Shown: positions 12,688 to 23,887 of the stretch, one piece after another
How the letters are laid out: every line of letters begins with the position of its first letter
Position numbering within the stretch: position 1 is the first letter of the stretch
From: Botryllus schlosseri
Lineage: Eukaryota
Length of the DNA stretch: 64,000 nucleotides
NCBI GenBank assembly: GCA_051294905.1
Contig: CM119383.1
Location: 12,028,001 to 12,092,000, forward strand
Direction of reading: 5' to 3'
Made by a program: the position numbers and the translations under genes
Notes under the pieces: model-generated
The model's input: only the letters and a program-made list of their open reading frames with translations
Databases searched by the model: none
Told to the model about the DNA's origin: nothing

Positions 12688-15600
12688 CTAATATTCGAAC
12701 TGCATTATAACTTCTTCCCCTTGTTTATGCCCTTTGCTTTGAATATCAAATCCAATTCGCCTTCCAGTGCCTCATTGGTGCCACGGAGTCCTTCTATGAC
12801 ATCATAAGCCCAAAGGAAGTACTCTTGCACACGTTCTGCCGTCCAACCTTTAACAGACATGTACATGTAGGATTACAAGTGGTCACGTTTGTAGTAATAT
12901 GAATAAATTTTCGAATGGGCCACAAATATTTTAATCCTACCACTTAATTGGGGAACCACATTTTGAATTACCTTAAACCGGGGTAACATTGGACAATTCT
13001 CAACAATTCCGCTTTGTATCTTGGAATTGCTAGGGTGTAGGGGAGGCAAGTTTTGTGTTTTTTTGGAGTCATGGAGCAAAGATTAGAATTAACTAATCCA
13101 AAATCTTCATGGTCATAAATAAGTACCTTATTTTTGTAAATTATCCGTGTCCAAAGTTACCTGTGCATGTGGGGTAACTTTGGACAATGTAGTTTTTTGT
13201 ATGCCTTTACCCTCTATTGTTTATGAAACCTCGTAAATGAGGCTTATTTGGTAAGAGTTGATGAGAGCAGTGACTAAAACTGAAACAAAATAGTATATGT
13301 CTGGCCTATTGCATGATTTTTACCTAATCCCCCCCCCCCAAAAAAAAATAGGTAGTTTTTGAAGGCTAATGCCCCCTTATTCATCCCTTTACTCAATTTT
13401 CCCTCATGCCTTCACCAATTGGGACTTATAATAACGTATGGTGACAATGCGGTATCCCACTGGCAGTGTCAGCAATCGACAGCAAACATTAAGTATGTTA
13501 GCGTGATTTATTGCCAATTTCGAATATATTACTGTTCTAGAAAAGATATATTTTCCCTTTCCTATGTCCTCTGATGGATATATTTGTCGTAATTTACGAT
13601 ATCCCATATTCAGCAGGCGCATCTTTAGGAGTAGCCTATGTGATAAGTTTTTCAAGTAGCTTACACCCGATTACAATCTCTCAGCTCATTGCCTACCCAT
13701 TTTTTCATATTTTGGCAAACTCTTAATTTATTAACCTTCTCATTCCATTTTAAGAAGCCATCCGGCCGGTCATAAGGAATATAGTTGACGATACCCTTTG
13801 ACACAGATGAAGCAGCCACTTTCCAGAGCTCTAAATATCACATTTTTCACTGTCCAAAGTTGCCCCGTTCTGATAAAATTTGACGGGGTAACTTTGGACA
13901 TCACATTTTCTTGTATTGATCTAAGGGTGAGCCCACTGAGATTTTGGCCATGGATTAAGACTACTTAGAGGTATCTGCTGCCAAGTTTTGAATCTATGAA
14001 TCACATGCTATCTATGTTTGGCTGTAAGAAGTTTATTGGCCATCAATTTTGACGAAATTGACCCCCTCCATTAATTTATCGATGTTGGGTCAAGTTTATC
14101 TGGTAGTGAAATGAATCCACCTTTTATAGAGACTACTTGTAGTACTGTTGCCTCATGAAAAAGAATTGGACATCCAGCGGCAACTCTTTTTCATCGATAA
14201 CCATTTAAATCTTTTACTGCTTAGTGTCCAAAGTTACCCTTAAGTCCAAAGTTACCCCGGTTTACGGTACTCACCTTGAGGGGCCTCCCTACACAGATCT
14301 CTGAGATTGTAAAGTTTATCCGCAAGTTTCACGAGTTTGGCCTGACGGGACTTATGCGGAGCGTTCACAATTTGCAAGCGTTTCCTTTCCATCTTGGGAA
14401 GAGATTTATCGTCCGTCACTTCAGAAACTATGTCCCTGACATGAAAATATGCCAGTTGTTGATATTCCAATATCTTCATGCAACTCAATTACAATGTAGA
14501 TGAGTAACAAAGTCCTAGTTTTTCGAAATACTCAGGTAGATGTGGTCGAGTTCAGTTCAGCAGTGTAATTATGGCATTAGACCACTTCTAATTCAACCAT
14601 TTTTGAGGTCTAACTAATCACATTTTACATTTGCCAAGTACAATTGAATAGTATATTCATATTGAAATAAACCCGGATATTTTCGGCTGACACTCGTCAG
14701 GGGTAATCGTCAGCAACTAGTAGTGAATTGGAAAGAACATTGCCAAGTAGAATGCAGAGTCTGGAAAATCTGCATAACATTTATTAAATCTTCATGACAA
14801 CATGACATGCAGCCAGTGTAGCATGGTGTCAAAATATAATCCAGAAAATCACACGTATTTACAGCTCTATAGGTTGGTTCTGTTGGAGGCAACGGTGCAT
14901 CTTGTGTTACCAGCAATTGCACTATTGAAAGTATTTGAACAAGACATTTGGAGTACAGAACTTCAGAATAACGCGAAACAATAACTTAATATTGGTAATT
15001 TATTTGCTAAAAGCTTTTCGACTGACTCTCATCAGTAGCGAACGGCATTGATAGGGTGAATCAAATTCAAAAAGTAGTAACTATTTAGTCTGCTTGACGT
15101 AATAATAACAAAAACAAACAACTAGTGCAATGCCTCGTACAAATTAGCTCTTTTCAATGCTTTTGAGTAGTTTCGAAAAGTTTTAAAAATCATTACTTGA
15201 CCTTGTAATTAAATAGAATTACGACATCAATTTATATTTCATGTTCAGCAGTTCAATTTAATCGTTAATTCGGCCTATTTTTACCATATCTGCTTCAATC
15301 GACAGAGATATTTTAACACTAAATATATTTATGACACAGCCATTAGGGTCTGCCAACACCCATGCAAGAAGCACATTCAAAGGGCACAGTCAGCAATATG
15401 ATTTTCAGTATCAGTTTATCATTTCAAAACACCACAAAACTGCGATACAATGAAAAGATATGTGTCGAAACGACTTGGAGTTGTCTTTTAAATCAGACAC
15501 CCACCTTGGCCTAGGGAGGCGATGTAGAGACTAGGCATGTACAGTGAAAAGTAAAGCAAAGAATGTAAGAGGCAATCAGCATAATTGTATTCGACCACAT

Positions 15601-15998
15601 AGTGTATAGCACCTTTACATGATGAAATTACCTCAATGTTTACCTTTTAAACACCACGAATCAACGTGCCCAATAAAGGAAGGAACACACCTTACATTTT
15701 TTCCAAAACATTCTTCTATTTCATCTAACGTCGTGTCCGTGTCCTCGACTGTATCGTGGAGAATCGCCGCTTGCAAAACTTCAAGTTCACACACATTACC
15801 TTCTTCCGATATTATGTTTGCAACACCTTCAGCAAATGTGTCACACCATATTTTATTCGACCAGTTGAATTAAAGAAAGAAATGAAACGGACCTACTGGG
15901 TGGTTGATGTAAGGCGTCTGCAAGGAATCCTTGCGTCTTTGATCCTTATGCTTCTTGGCCGCAAAATCGGCCGTCTTTATGAGAATTGATAAATCCAT
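12688..15998 (-). CDS. HDDC3: HD-domain (p)ppGpp hydrolase / NADPH phosphatase MESH1
   Basis: Exons 15893-15998 ([14 protein letters not shown]...TPYINHP), 15691-15826 ([10 protein letters not shown]), 14275-14435 ([15 protein letters not shown]) and 12688-12847 ([14 protein letters not shown]); all junction phases are compatible. Confidence 0.95.
12971..14267. mobile_element. Non-autonomous Tc1/mariner-pogo-type element
   Basis: About 24-bp TIRs cc(t/g)taaaccggggtaac(a/t)ttggac, flanked by TA on both sides; internal ggggtaactttggaca repeats. Confidence 0.85.
14671..14704 (-). ncRNA. Minimal hammerhead ribozyme family A, mutated copy
   Basis: Same motif as 9456-9489 but helix III reads AAUAUC (U16.1 lost). 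Confidence 0.6.
15006..15039 (-). ncRNA. Minimal hammerhead ribozyme family B
   Basis: Minus strand gcua-CUGAUGA-G-agucagu-C-GAA-AAGCUU-U-uagc; palindromic helix III AAGCUU. Confidence 0.65.
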
Positions 15999-16626
15999 GA
16001 TGACAGAATATATTGGTTATGGGTAATCCTGAGTTAAGAAATAGCACCAAACATTCACGACTGCAATGCTTCATCAACAGTACTTGCCGCAACTTGTTTC
16101 AAATAAAATGATTGGTATTTCTATGCATTGACCATAAATTCATGACTTGCAGGCTGCAGGTCATTCTTACATGACAGAGGTAAGATCAAGGCCCCAGCAT
16201 GATTTACATAGGATTTCTATGAAATAATGACTGGAGCACACTTGCAAAAATGGTTTGACACCACGAATTATTTTGTTCAAACAAAACTTGGTCACTAGAT
16301 TACTGAAATAGAATAGACCAAGCGATACGATATACCTATATTACATGCAAGTCAGTGCTCGTACTCGGGATAATAATTATACTGACCAGACCAATTCAAA
16401 AAGCGCCCAACTCAGAATGTTCTTAAATCATCATCTCTATAAACCGATTTAAAATTACTTTGCCTCCGGTAATTTCCGACAGAAATTGTCAACAACTCAG
16501 TGTCAGTATCTACCAAAGTTTGTATTTGCAGCGACATAAGTTGTCTTAAGATTCCGGAATCAAGACAACTAAAATTCAGACTACACGAGTATGCTCAACA
16601 CCTACCTCCATGTTAACGTTAACATG

Positions 16627-17442
16627 TTAGTCACCACTCTCTATCGTTACTTCAACCAATTGTTCAGCTAAATCATCATCAGTATCAGTACTCTCCGCCT
16701 CAGAGATGTCACCGGACGACGGTAACGCATGATTAGGATTACCGTGTTCGAGACTAAAATCAATGTCAAAAGGATCTCTGTCTTCCACAGCACTATCAAT
16801 ATTGTCTCTCTCAGTCTGCAGCCATTTCTGTTCCACACGCACGATCTCTTCCGAGGTATTGCAATTTTCGTAAACCGTAAACAAAGCCTCGTTCAAAGGA
16901 TAGAAATTCTCTCCCCATTTGAACGGCTTCAGTACCGAGTCAGCGCTTTCTTTCAAGCCGGCGATGTACAAGGCCGCCGCAAATGCTTCGGCGCAGGATA
17001 ATTTACAAGGCTTGCCGTAGTTGACAGGGTTGCACGCGACCAAATAAGGCAAGAGTCTTGGAAAACCGCCTCTCATTTTTGAGAACGGCGTATCTTCAAG
17101 ACGGGCCCACGAGCAATCTATCACGGCTGCGCCGTGTTGAGAAATAATATCCCTGTCTCCCGCGCTTACGTATTCCACGGCCATGGGGCTTAATATAATG
17201 CCGGGGAATCGCTGCTGAAGTCGCAGTATCCTAACGGCCCCTTTGCGTACGAGTTTACGACCTGAACACCTCTTTGGATCGCAATGGCCCAAGTCCCACA
17301 TCGCTAGCGGGCAAGATATCGTAAAATTATTTGCGTCGGCCGGTGCGGCGTCATGTAGTTCCGCTGCTTCGCGTGCTAGATCTTTCGTAACGGCTCGGTT
17401 CCTACGTCCGGACTTGCCCTGGCTACCTTTGTGACGCGGCAT
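16627..17442 (-). CDS. TSR3: 18S rRNA aminocarboxypropyltransferase, single-exon CDS
   Basis: LAMWDLGHCDPKRCSGRKL, AVIDCSWARL, LPYLVACNPVNYGKPCKLSCAEA motifs; acidic tail. Confidence 0.96.
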   Translation of the reverse strand: MPRHKGSQGKSGRRNRAVTKDLAREAAELHDAAPADANNFTISCPLAMWDLGHCDPKRCSGRKLVRKGAVRILRLQQRFPGIILSPMAVEYVSAGDRDIISQHGAAVIDCSWARLEDTPFSKMRGGFPRLLPYLVACNPVNYGKPCKLSCAEAFAAALYIAGLKESADSVLKPFKWGENFYPLNEALFTVYENCNTSEEIVRVEQKWLQTERDNIDSAVEDRDPFDIDFSLEHGNPNHALPSSGDISEAESTDTDDDLAEQLVEVTIESGD

Positions 17443-18077
17443 AGTTAAGGCGCCCTTGCTATGAAAATCTATTACGAGAAGACAGTTTCGAGTAAACTTA
17501 GTTTCTGTTGAAAGAGCGGATGCATAATTATATAGTTTGTAGAAGATACAAAGAAAACACTAATTTGGAACTCATCAAAATCACATGTTTGATTAACGTT
17601 ACGTTCATGGACATCAATGGTAGAGTAAATTACATGCTCACGGCGTTACAATTCCACCGTGCCAATTTTGTACACAAAAGAATTGTTTATATCAATCGCC
17701 ACATAATTGCTAGAAGACAATTTCATTAACTGCTCAACTGCTCAAGTGTACAGAATGAGGCATTCACACACTGCTAAGTGATGAAGGCTGTAAGCGTAAA
17801 ATATAATGTGACAGGTCTCTTACCAAAATCTCACAAAATTTGAGATAATCAAAATCAAGGTTTACAAAATTCAACATTTACATATACGAGTCAATATATC
17901 ATTGATGGAACATAGATATGTGGCCACTGTACAGTGAAGTAAACTGTTATCGGTATTTTGAAGACTTTTGTGGCATCTTGAAAACAATAGTTTTTTTCAA
18001 GTCCCTCCCGCCACACAAAATCAACATCTACAGCCATATACAAAAATATCCACACAGAGCAGGTTAACTAAAAAGCA

Positions 18078-18608
18078 TCAATTCAGCATCATAGCCTTGA
18101 TCATGTGTTCCCGCAAGCGCGCATTTGTCGGTATAGAAAAGGCAATCTGCGCAAGAGTATATTTCCTTTCCAACAGTTCCTTCAGCTCTCTACACGCAAC
18201 TCCCTTCTCTAATATATAGACCATTAGTTCTTCGGGTTTCAGCATCGCCCCACCACCGCCAGCGATGGTGGTGCCCCTGTTGTTATAAGTTGATGTTCCT
18301 CCGATAGTTGCCTGTGTAAAGTTTCCTCCAGTAATCGTAGTGCTATCATGATGAGCGCCTTTGTCGTAGATTTTCATTCTCTCGTTGAATGTGACATCGC
18401 CGTCATTACCGAGAGCTGCTTGGGCGATGTAATTTCCCTGGATATTGAATTCAGAAGAGCCCTGTGTTATCTTTGCGTACTCCTCGGGCAGGGTAATTGG
18501 TCCGGTTTCTGCACTCGCTTCGTTGTCAATGACTACTTCCATCTCTTCTTTCGTTTCCGTGTGTTTCGTGACAAATCCAGACGTATCATTCTCGAGGGTG
18601 TTAGACAT
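18078..18608 (-). CDS. Uncharacterised 176-aa protein A (two Gly/Asn-rich beta-repeat rungs + C-terminal helical domain)
   Basis: ATG-started ORF with an acceptor-like tract upstream; its C-terminal about 120 aa align with the neighbouring ORF, which indicates protein-level conservation. Confidence 0.75.
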   Translation of the reverse strand: MSNTLENDTSGFVTKHTETKEEMEVVIDNEASAETGPITLPEEYAKITQGSSEFNIQGNYIAQAALGNDGDVTFNERMKIYDKGAHHDSTTITGGNFTQATIGGTSTYNNRGTTIAGGGGAMLKPEELMVYILEKGVACRELKELLERKYTLAQIAFSIPTNARLREHMIKAMMLN

Positions 18609-19180
18609 GACTATGAATGTTAATTATGACAACTCTCTAAACGGAAAAAAATAAAAATTCAGAGAAATTAATAGAATTTGGAAGGGTAAGTAGCATAGGC
18701 AGGCTCCATGTCGAGCTAAAACCCAAAACTAGACCCTTTAATGAAGTAGATTATGAGTGCGATACATTTCATATATACTTGACTTCAATCACAAACAAAC
18801 GACTCAGCTGTTGACAGTTCTTGATAGGGTTTCCAGCATAATGCTGAGAATAGTTCATAAAATTTTCAATGTTATAATTATATTGACGATCCATTCAATA
18901 GCCTAAATCATGGAACTTAATGTATATAATAGAATTTCTTCCATAAATCTGTGACTATTCATAATATTCATTGAATTGAACATAGAGCTAATCCTATAAT
19001 CGGCATAAAATGAAATTGTTCACAAAGTGTACATATAAATAATAGTATGCCAAGCAGACTGTTCGTCTATCAACACATTAACAGTGGATATAATAATAAT
19101 AAAAGTAACCTAGACTCTTTCAAGGATAATATGTAGCGATGGTTGTGGAAGCAATGTAGCCTATGACTCGCATCATAGCT

Positions 19181-19440
19181 TAAGGTTATCATACGTCCTC
19201 ATTTGTCCTCTTTTTTGAGATTTTGTCCTCTATTTTGAGAATTTTGGTTAAATAGAGGGCAAAATTCGACTGAGATACAGTATATCAGCATTGAAGTAAC
19301 GCTCCGGCGTTGTTTTTTTCAGTCAACCGACCGCGAAGTGGGATAAAGTTACCATATTTTCAGGATTTTCCTCCGATATTGCAAGTCTGAAGATTTTGAA
19401 AAAGTGTCCTTTTATCAGATTTCCAAAATATGGCAGCCCT
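19181..19440. mobile_element. MITE of the tagggttaccata...tatggtaaccct family (hAT Blackjack-like)
   Basis: Termini taaggttatcatacgtcctc / aaaatatggcagccct; related to 58948-59293. Confidence 0.65.
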
Positions 19441-19577
19441 CTATAGCTCACCGCTGTTACATAATTAACCAGGTCGATTCAGCTTGGCTTTAAGATAGGC
19501 TGAAATTGATTCACAATAGAGCATCAGGATGGGAAGTTGGATAGGCCTATTAAAGTAATGTCCTGGTACTCTGTAGT

Positions 19578-20153
19578 TTATCCGCACAGAAGCACAGTCA
19601 CCATCCGATTCATTCTTTCTCTATCATCCGGAATTGCAAAGGCAATGTTTGCTAGCGAGTATCCTTTTTGAAGTAGTTGAGTCACATCAGGAAGTTCCAT
19701 TCCTTTGCACAGTATGTCAAGCAATAATTGCTCAGGTGATATGCCGATTCCAGCGTTACCCGCTCCGATGACACAGTTGTCGTTATTCACTGTCGCCTCC
19801 CCACCAATATTCGCTTGCGGAAAATCACCCCCTGTAACTTTGATAGCGGTCTTGTGTGCGCCTTCGCCATAAACACGGCTACTCTGATTCAAAGTAACAG
19901 GCCCCTTGCTTCCAATTATAGCAACTCCGATTCGGCTCTCAGACATATTTATATCTCCATTCTGGGGTATATATCCGGTCTTGGTTTTAGGAATAGCTGC
20001 CGGCGATGCTTTGGTGGAGAGCGGTGGTAAATTTCCAAGTTGACGTTGTTTTTCTAATATTTTTTGAGCGTTGGCCACCATTCTATTTGCGTTCGCAACC
20101 CGATCATCTATCTTCTTTTGCTCTGCCGCACTAAGTCCATAACTCCGTGGCAT
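19578..20153 (-). CDS. Uncharacterised 191-aa protein B, paralog of protein A
   Basis: In-frame ATG at 20151-20153 (MPRSYG...); shares GAH, TGGxFxQAxIGG, PExL and YxLAxIAFxIP with protein A. Confidence 0.75.
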   Translation of the reverse strand: MPRSYGLSAAEQKKIDDRVANANRMVANAQKILEKQRQLGNLPPLSTKASPAAIPKTKTGYIPQNGDINMSESRIGVAIIGSKGPVTLNQSSRVYGEGAHKTAIKVTGGDFPQANIGGEATVNNDNCVIGAGNAGIGISPEQLLLDILCKGMELPDVTQLLQKGYSLANIAFAIPDDRERMNRMVTVLLCG

Positions 20154-20329
20154 GGTCAGTATTCGGCGTGCATGAATCAAATATTGATGACAATATCTAC
20201 AAGAAAATAATGCATCGTTAAATTGGGTGCATTATCAGATACCAGATATGGGGCGATTACCCCGTCAATGTAATCGATTACGGTCGCAATTAGATTACGA
20301 TTACGATTACAGTCTTATAGTCTCTGCAT

Positions 20330-20490
20330 TACTTTTCATTCAGTGTGCATGCCTCTTATTTACTTTGCCTAGGCTAAGGTGGGTGTCTGATCTTAATGGC
20401 TATTCCAAACACCTTCCTATCTTTTCACTGTATCGCAGTTTTGTGATGTTTTGAAACGATGAAAATATTAATAAACCTGATTGATTGATT
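20330..20490 (+). mobile_element. LINE 3' end, sister subfamily with (GATT)n tail
   Basis: cctaggctaaggtgggtgtctga...taataaacctgattgattgatt; same as 23395-23585. Confidence 0.75.
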
Positions 20491-21064
20491 GATCGAGGAA
20501 AATCTCGCGGTAGTTGATTACAATTACGAGTGAGTTGACTCGTCTCAAAATGTGCAATGACTCGAGATCGAGATGAATCGTGATTCAAAGGTATCTATAT
20601 AATCCCAACACTGCTGTCACGAGGCAAATCCGACATCATGATACACCAAACTATACCTTATTCTGTTTAGCCAATATTCCTAAATAGCGAATATCCCGAT
20701 ACGCGATACCGATGATACATACCATACGCACATTCGTACACACATACTTCCGTTATACATAACCAGATAACCTCAATACACAATTGGCATGTGCCACTGC
20801 CACTGCTACACGACACAAACATTACATTTCTTGAATAACATGGTATACACGTAGGACGATTTTTCTTCATCTAAGTGCTAGTGTCTGCAATCCTATTGAA
20901 AATAATAGGAAGACGGAACATCGATAGTCAGCATCGATGTGACTTCCTCTTTCTGTTTCTTCCTGATTTACAAGCCAGCGTCAAAGGAGTCCGGATATTT
21001 CATTATCCGGATCTCGCCACAGAGTCCGAATCACTGGGCTGTATAAACCGGGAATAATGAAACA

Positions 21065-23020
21065 ATCATCATCATCATCATTGGTTTATTAGCAATTTTA
21101 TGAGTTCAATACACCACAAAAATGCGATACAATGAAAAGACAGGATGATGTCGAAGCGACAAGGAGTAGTCTATGGAATCTGACACCCACCTTGGCCTAG
21201 GCGATGTAAAGAGGAGGCATGCACACTGAATGAAAGTAGAGAAGATAGTATAGAAGAAGAATGCGACAAGAAATAGGGCGGCATGTCATGGGAAGCGATA
21301 TCGATAGGTCAGTCGTGGTCCGGTAATCTTGAGGATGGACTGTATTTATTTAGTAGTAATTGCTTGTATTTCGACTTGAATGTGGACATGCTCGTCGACT
21401 GTCGGATGGCCGGCGGGATACTGTTCCACACATCAGGTCCGGCATATTTGATGGAGCGATGATCTTTTCGGTCGATCATATGATATTTGGACGACGTGGA
21501 CGCGCGTGTGTTGTACTTGTGCGCTTTTGATTCAGAGGTAAAGAAGTCATTGAAATATTCGGGGCAACGACCGCAGTGAAACTGATACATAAACTTGGCG
21601 ATTTCTAGTTTCCGCATATCTTCTATGTTTAGGACGCCGAATCTCTTCAGCAGCGACTTATTGGATGGGCAGCCAGGCCCCTTTGGGGCCCTAGCTATGA
21701 TTCGGAGCACTTTATGCTGTAGTTTCTGCAGTGGCTTGAGTGCAGTTTTACTGGCAGCCCCCCATCAGAGGATGCCATAATGTAACTTCGATTGGATTAA
21801 GGATTTAAAGAGTATCAGAAGAACCCATGCTGGCATGAAGCGCCCAAGGCTGTAGAACAGGCCGCACTTCGGTGAGCGAGATAGTGTAATGGTTATGCGT
21901 CCGGCTTCTCGAGCGGTAGGTCGTGGGTTCGATTCCCGGCCGGGTCATACCAGAGACTCGAAAAATGGTATCCGCAGCTATCCTGCTAGGCGCTCAGCAA
22001 TCACGGATAGCATGGAGGAGAAAAAAAAACGGGGGCGCAGACTAGATGACCTCATGGGGCCGTATCGCAACTCCGTCGCCAAAGCATCTCGATGCTGCAG
22101 GCGAGAAAGAATATCATATCTCTCTCTCTCTCTCTCTCTAGGGACTGAATATGACTCTTCCAGGACATGTTCGAGTCCAGTAAAACTCCGAGATATTTGG
22201 CATTATCTGTGTTGGAATGCGGGCTGACCAGCGATATTAACGGTCAGGTTATTTTTTGAATTAACTGTCAGCAATTGCGATTTCGAGGCGTTTATGCAAA
22301 GGTTGTTCTGGGCCGTCCACTCATGGACTTTGGGCATTTGGTCACCAGTCAGGGCATCCAGCTCTGCCGTCGAAGATGCGGAAGAGAGGAGGTGAGTATC
22401 ATCAGCGAACAGTGTGGTGTTCAATGAGGAGGTTTCAAAAATGTCGTTGACATATAAGGTGAAAAGGACCGGTCCAAGTACTGAGCCCTGGGGCACACCA
22501 CACGTCACCGGGTGAGGAGAGGACAAGGTATCTGAGATCGCAACCATTTGTTGGCGTCCAGTGAGGTAACTTTTCATGAGCTCAAGTTGTGGGCCCCGAA
22601 GTCCGTAACGCGCCAATTTCGAGATGAGAATTTTATGATCTACGCAGTCAAACGCTTTTTTTAGGTCGAGAAAAATGCTACATCCCACATTTCGCCTCTC
22701 TGAGATATCATAGTACTGTTCGGCCACTGTTAGGAGGGCATGAGCGGTTTGGTGTTTGTTTCGGAAGCCAAATTGTTGAGGGGAAATGATAGACATTTTG
22801 GCGAGGAATGAGGACAGGCGGGAGAGGAGCAACTTTTCGAATACAATCCCGATGCATGGGAGAATGGATATCGGACGGTAGTTGGTGACATTAGTTCTAT
22901 CCCCAGCTTTGTGTACAGGGACTACTCTGGCTTTTTTTTAGATAGCTTGGGTAGACTCCATTTTCTATCATGAAGTTGAAAAAATGGGCCATGTATTGAC
23001 CGATATGCAGGCTTATCATT
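21065..23020 (-). mobile_element. 5'-truncated CR1/L2-clade LINE with decayed reverse transcriptase
   Basis: NYRPISILP, QFGFR, FLDLKKAFDCVDH, GVPQGSVLGP, LFADDT, KYLGV motifs; frameshift near 22205, in-frame TGA near 21770; split by a SINE; (gat)n tail. Confidence 0.93.
21876..22140 (+). mobile_element. tRNA-derived SINE
   Basis: A box tagtgtaatgg, B box ggttcgattcc, non-tRNA body and (ct)n tail; near-identical copy at 32116-32377. Confidence 0.9.
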
Positions 23021-23324
23021 TTAAAAAACCATGATGAGATTTGGTCAAACAAGATTGATACAATGAAAAGAAAGGAGCCTCGACGAATTGGAATAGGGAA
23101 AAATCAAACACCCACCGTGGTCTACATATAGGAGCAGAGAGTAATAATATTATGATCAGTTTATACGGACGGAGCCTTCACTAAGTAGTTTCGATTCATT
23201 TCTTTTCCTTATATTGCAATCTTCAAAATATTAATAAAATTATGATCATTTTTCTTCTTTACATGAGCCAGGGACACTTTATGAATTAAACAGTAAACCA
23301 TCATAATCAATACTAGCCAGTCTT

Positions 23325-23585
23325 CAGGATTACCGGTCCACGACCTAACATCGACCTCGCCCTCCGCCACATGCCACCCCATGTCGCTTGCGTCTTATAG
23401 TCTCTGCATTACTTTTCATTCAGTGTGCATGCCTCATATTTACTTCGCCTAGGCTAAGGTGGGTGTCTGATGTTAATGGCTACTCCAAGTTGTTTCGACA
23501 CCTTCCTATCTTTTCATTGTATCGCAGTCTTGTGATGTTTTGAAGCGATGAAAATAATAATAAACCTGATTGATTGATTGATTGA
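23325..23585 (+). mobile_element. LINE 3' end, (GATT)n subfamily
   Basis: ggattaccggtccacgacc...aataaacctgattgattgattgattgat. Confidence 0.75.
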
Positions 23586-23777
23586 TAATCGTCAGATTAT
23601 ATACAATCATACAGTTATCACGAGAGATATCATTACGTATTTACACATCTTTTAATTTGAGATGGAGTTGCAATACGGGGAGAAAATTGGATGGAAGTTA
23701 TTTTCTTTTTCGTTGAAGTTTAGTGATGTGTAAAATCAAACTTATCTGTGATCAGTGGTGATCATGCATGCAAAGCT

Positions 23778-23791
23778 GTTGTCGTGACAAC
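23778..23791. promoter_or_regulatory. Candidate RFX X-box
   Basis: Near-palindromic gttgtcgtgacaac about 100 bp upstream of the FBXL13 ATG; resembles the X-box pattern GTTNCCATGGNAAC. Confidence 0.45.
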
Positions 23792-23887
23792 GAGTTCCGC
23801 AGAATGCTAACTGGTCGCTGCTGCTTTTCTTGAGAGTACCAATACTACTGTTACAATCGCATAGCACATTCCGTGGAGGAGAACAGA

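Noticed and set aside
21876-21950. tRNA gene
   Set aside because: It has A and B boxes but no proper acceptor or anticodon stem, and runs into a repeated SINE body.
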